From contig NW_021836534.1 of assembly GCF_006345805.1 (NCBI RefSeq), positions 1-23,925 of the forward strand: a DNA stretch of 23,925 bases. The letters run 5' to 3'. The translations under genes and the position numbers were made by a program. The notes under the pieces were generated by a model that was given only the letters and a program-made list of their open reading frames with translations, made no database searches and was not told the DNA's origin. This document shows, one piece after another, positions 20,235 to 23,925 of this stretch. This DNA comes from Octopus sinensis. Its lineage: Eukaryota. Each line of letters opens with the position of its first letter. Position 1 is the stretch's first letter.

Positions 20235-21018
20235 TAATTCATGTTTTTTCCAGGCTATGCTATTATGCTAATTAATAATGTGTCAATTAGCGGTGTCATT
20301 GATAATTTTATCCTTACCACAATGAAGCTGGTGACATTAAAAGTCCCTTTATAAAAAAGTATAGAACTATATTATCACTCTCAAATTTGAGAAACAAACA
20401 CTCATAACTTTCTCTTTTAAAACTTCATTGCATGAGGTTGATACCACGAAATTCCTCCAATTGAGCTCTATAATTTAAGCTTAATTAAAATATAGTGTGT
20501 TTTTAAAATAAAAAAGTTAATTATACTTAAATCCAATCTTTTGCCTTATACTTTTTTCATGATATTTTACCTCACAACTTTTTTTATACAAATTTTTGTT
20601 GCATGGGAACAAAACTATGAAATTCTTCATGCTTTCTTCTATCATTGAAGCTAAGATAAATATATTTCACTTTGAAAATAAAAAAGTTATTTAGATCTAA
20701 ACTTGATTGGTGGTGTTACTTACTCTCCTGTAACGTTGCTACAAATTTTCTACTGGATCAAGTTTCAATATTTTTATGCCAAAATGTAGCTAGGGACTAG
20801 TCCTTCTTCAAAGATGTTATCAGTTTTCAAGCTCTGAAAGGTGCTGCATGTGAGTAAATTGCGGCCTTAAGAATGTTATTCAAATACTACTGTAAGTTGA
20901 ATGATATGCATAGCTATTGGTTATCCATCATCACCACCATAACCACCACCACAAAAAAAAAAAAGAAAAAAGAAAATGAAAAAATGAAATAATCAAGTTA
21001 ACAGACATTGACACTTAC

Positions 21019-21167
21019 TTTGTGATTGTACCATCTATATCAGAGATAATGATTTTCTCATGGCTTTTCCACAAATAAATATGAGATGTACATCGGCAAG
21101 TACCTTGATACTGAGTTGTCACAGAGAATGTTACCTCATTGCTGCCCTCATGAAGTCCAAGTTTGCT
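21019..21167 (-). CDS. LPIN: Lipin exon carrying the HAD motif I DIDGT
   Basis: Hand translation [49 protein letters not shown](K). Acceptor ttattattacag, donor GTAAGT at 21018. 149 nt, phase 0/2. Absent from the ORF track. Confidence 0.97.
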
Positions 21168-22630
21168 CTGTAATAATAAAATGGAAGTTGTTTTAAAAAC
21201 TCATAAGGTGCAATGTTGCTAAAATACTTTTGATTTTACAAGGTACATGGTTAATTTTTCTTTTCTATTTACAGTTTTACATCCATTCTTACTAGTTAGT
21301 GCATGGGAGATGAAGGGCCACTTTAACAGGGCAGTTCTACAACTTCCTCTCCTTTACCATGCTTCTTTACACTTTGCCTGATTCTTTCTACATTTCTTCT
21401 CCAATTCTTAGCTTACTCTATCATCTTCTGCCAACTAACCCTGATTTTAAAACTTCTTCTACTGTCCTCTTCACTCAAACATCAACCCTTCAATTCTTTC
21501 CAGCTCAAGTTACAGTATCTCGCTATCTCTCATTCTCCATTTCTTACTCTCATTTGAAGTACAAGGTCTAGAATGCTTGACTCTTCACACTTCACAGCAA
21601 ATTAACTTATTGATTAATGATTGACACAAACCATAAGCTTCTTTGAATTCCTCAGCCAGCCCACCAAACTGAAAGTAGCTGCTTCTTGTGGTGGAGTAAG
21701 CTATAAATAATAATTTGCTATCTTGCAGTAATAAGTTCAATTCCTTCTGTGATGAGCATTTAGCTGTGATAATTGAACATCCTGTCAATCTTATGTTATC
21801 TGTTTAGCAATACAAAATACAAAAACTAGAGTTGTGAGCCAGCCCTATGGATCCTTGTCTTCAGTTGTGATGGAAATTTTCATATAAAAGCAATTGTAAT
21901 AGTTGTTTAGCTCTAGGTCGGCACTGATCCACATGTCCTATGACTAACATCCTCCCTATTCTATTTATTATTCCAGTATCATATCACTAGACCCCCTACC
22001 ACAAATTTATTTGTCATTTTCTTATTCCCAATTTTGCAATCAAGGTAAACAACATTCTGATAAACAACATCCTTTCAAAGAGAGACATATCTCTGGAACA
22101 TTAGAGACTTTCCTTCTCTTTCTCAACAAAGACAAATGTCTGAAATCTGAGATTTTTTTCACTTCTCATGATAAATTAAGTTACTGAAATCATCTACAAA
22201 ATTCTCTTATAAATTAATGAAACTGTTCTTTCTTCAATGAAGGATACAAGGCAATAGGGCATGATTTGAGGAGACTTGGTTGCTATTTCTAGCAGGCTGA
22301 GCAACCATATTAAAACTCTTTGATTGGTTTGTGAAAGTAATTGTATTATTTTCAAATGGATACTTTTTCCTGATGAATCACCCAAATGTGAAACCTGAGG
22401 AAGAACACTGTACAATTGTGGTAGAGTTTAGACTCATAACTATATATTTAGTAGGCCACAGATATTGGCATTCTTACCATAATTTATTGAAGCAAGAATA
22501 TATATTCGATAACCATTTCATTAACAACACAAAATGGACTGTGGGCTGCAACAAAGTTACCTAACTGCCAGAATGATGTTCAACATATTCAAAGCATCCA
22601 ATAGAAGATTAAAAACAGAAATTTACTCAC

Positions 22631-22897
22631 AATTTCTTCAGAAGTGAGACGTAGAGATTTCTTGAAGCGATCTTTCTTTTTGTCTGTTGGTGATTGTGTG
22701 TCATTAGTGGTAGTATTGGTGATTGAGTGCTGAACAGTGAGACTGTTAGTAGGTTGTGGGTGTGGACTGTTAGAATCAGTTCGAAGACATTCTTGTTCTG
22801 AAATATCTGTGTCTGAGCCAGTGGAGATTATTTCATCTTTGTTATCAGAATGTATATGAATCCGAGTCTCATTTGTTACTTCTGTCTTTATAATGTT
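22631..22897 (-). CDS. LPIN: Lipin exon (most 5' in window): Ser/Thr-rich linker, basic patch and start of the C-LIP/LNS2 region
   Basis: Translates NIIKTEV...DKKKDRFKKSLRLTSEEI, matching lipin KK(S/T)LRL(T/S)SEQ. Acceptor ...aatgttgcag at 22898-22899, donor GTGAGT at 22630. 267 nt, phase 0/0. The 3' boundary is firm; the acceptor choice is less certain. Confidence 0.85.
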
Positions 22898-23227
22898 CTG
22901 CAACATTAAGCAAACACAACAAATTGAAAACAGTAGGCATTGTTTTTAATATTTATAAATGAACTGCTAAAGCAAAGATTTTTATAGTTAGATATTCTAT
23001 CATATGCCACTCATTCTTTCAGGTGAGGTATCATATCCTGTTATATATACAACAAAATAAAACAAAGAGAATTAGTTGATCTACCAATTCATATGCAAGT
23101 CAACACTGAAAAGTTATATATGTGTATGTGTGTGCACGCACACACATGTATAAGTTGAGTATTTATTCTACTCACTTATTTTGTCAAGCTGCTAAATTAC
23201 AAGAACATAAACAAATCAACGCTTTGT

Positions 23228-23388
23228 TAAGTTGGAAGGAGGTGACAAACACAGACAAAAAGACACACACACACATAGCAGGGCTCCACACAATTACCAA
23301 ATTCACTCACAAAGCATTGATCAGTCTGGGACAATAGTAGAAGATGCCCAAATATCATGCAGAGGGACTGAACCCAAATCCCATGTAA
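23228..23388 (-). mobile_element. SINE family A fragment
   Basis: Reverse complement of the family A head and middle (gggactgaaccc, tagtagaagatgcccaa, ccaaattcactcacaaagc). Confidence 0.7.
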
Positions 23389-23394
23389 GTGTAT

Positions 23395-23690
23395 ATGAAT
23401 GACAGTATAAATGTACAGTGAGAAAAACTGGGCATAAGTGGAGTAAAATGTAGTGTGCAAGAAAAATTCTGTGCTGGTATGGACATGTGATGTGTATGGA
23501 TGAAGACAGCTGTATAAAGAAGTGCTGATCACTTAATATGGAGGGAGCTTTTAGAAGAATGAGATGTAGGAAGACATGGGACAAAATGTTGAATGTTGAC
23601 CTTAGGACCCTGGGCTTGACACAAGAGATGACAAAGAACTGGGATGTCTGGTGATATGTATTTTTCAAGAAAACTGGTGGTCCAAATTGG
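23395..23690 (+). mobile_element. Degenerate RTE ORF2 C-terminal remnant
   Basis: Translates EKLGI...WYGHVMCMDEDSCIKKC...RKTWD...DLRTLGLTQEMTK, homologous to ORF 11060-11782. Confidence 0.85.
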
Positions 23691-23774
23691 ATATGCAGTC
23701 TATGGGGATGTTTTTTCAAAACATTGTCTGGTTTAAAAAGCTACATCAGATTTCATGATCAATCTAAGGTACAG

Positions 23775-23876
23775 TATATACATACATACATATATATACA
23801 TACATACATATATATATATATACATACATATATATATATACATAAATATATATATTACATATATATATATACATAA

Positions 23877-23925
<49 letters not shown>
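23775..23925. repeat. (TA)n/(TACA)n compound microsatellite running off the window
   Basis: Direct reading. Confidence 0.97.

Noticed and set aside
20330-20875. Second DNA-transposon remnant with TTAA-like ends
   Set aside because: The composition is suggestive, but the termini do not form matching inverted repeats and no transposase is visible.
23014-23030. ctttcag/gtgag as a plus-strand microexon of an antisense gene
   Set aside because: No other plus-strand exons or coding signal support it.

Overview
AT-rich, repeat-dense eukaryotic DNA. The SINE/LINE repertoire resembles Octopus (coleoid cephalopod) genomes; this is inferred from recall, not verified. The window holds the 3' half of a lipin (Mg2+-dependent phosphatidate phosphatase, LPIN/Pah1 family) gene on the minus strand. 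Six coding exons (22631-22897, 21019-21167, 18648-18887, 17572-17680, 5179-5282, 1272-1494) splice with canonical GT-AG sites and matching phases into 1092 nt, or 363 aa plus stop, including the HAD DIDGT motif. The 12.3-kb intron at 5283-17571 is mostly one nested transposon stack. A decayed Tx1/L1-like LINE (-) sits in a (TTA)n array. A Ty3/Gypsy LTR element (+) is inserted into it, a tRNA-derived SINE (+) into the Gypsy, and that SINE carries a second SINE (+, 16-bp TSD) and a SINE-RTE LINE composite (-). No prokaryotic features or CRISPR array were found. The best leads all concern possible post-transcriptional control of lipin: a decayed duplicate acceptor/exon with in-frame stops, an intron read-through that would add a transmembrane-like tail ahead of a poly(A) signal, and genomic codons one A-to-I edit away from conserved residues. 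All alignments and translations were done by hand.
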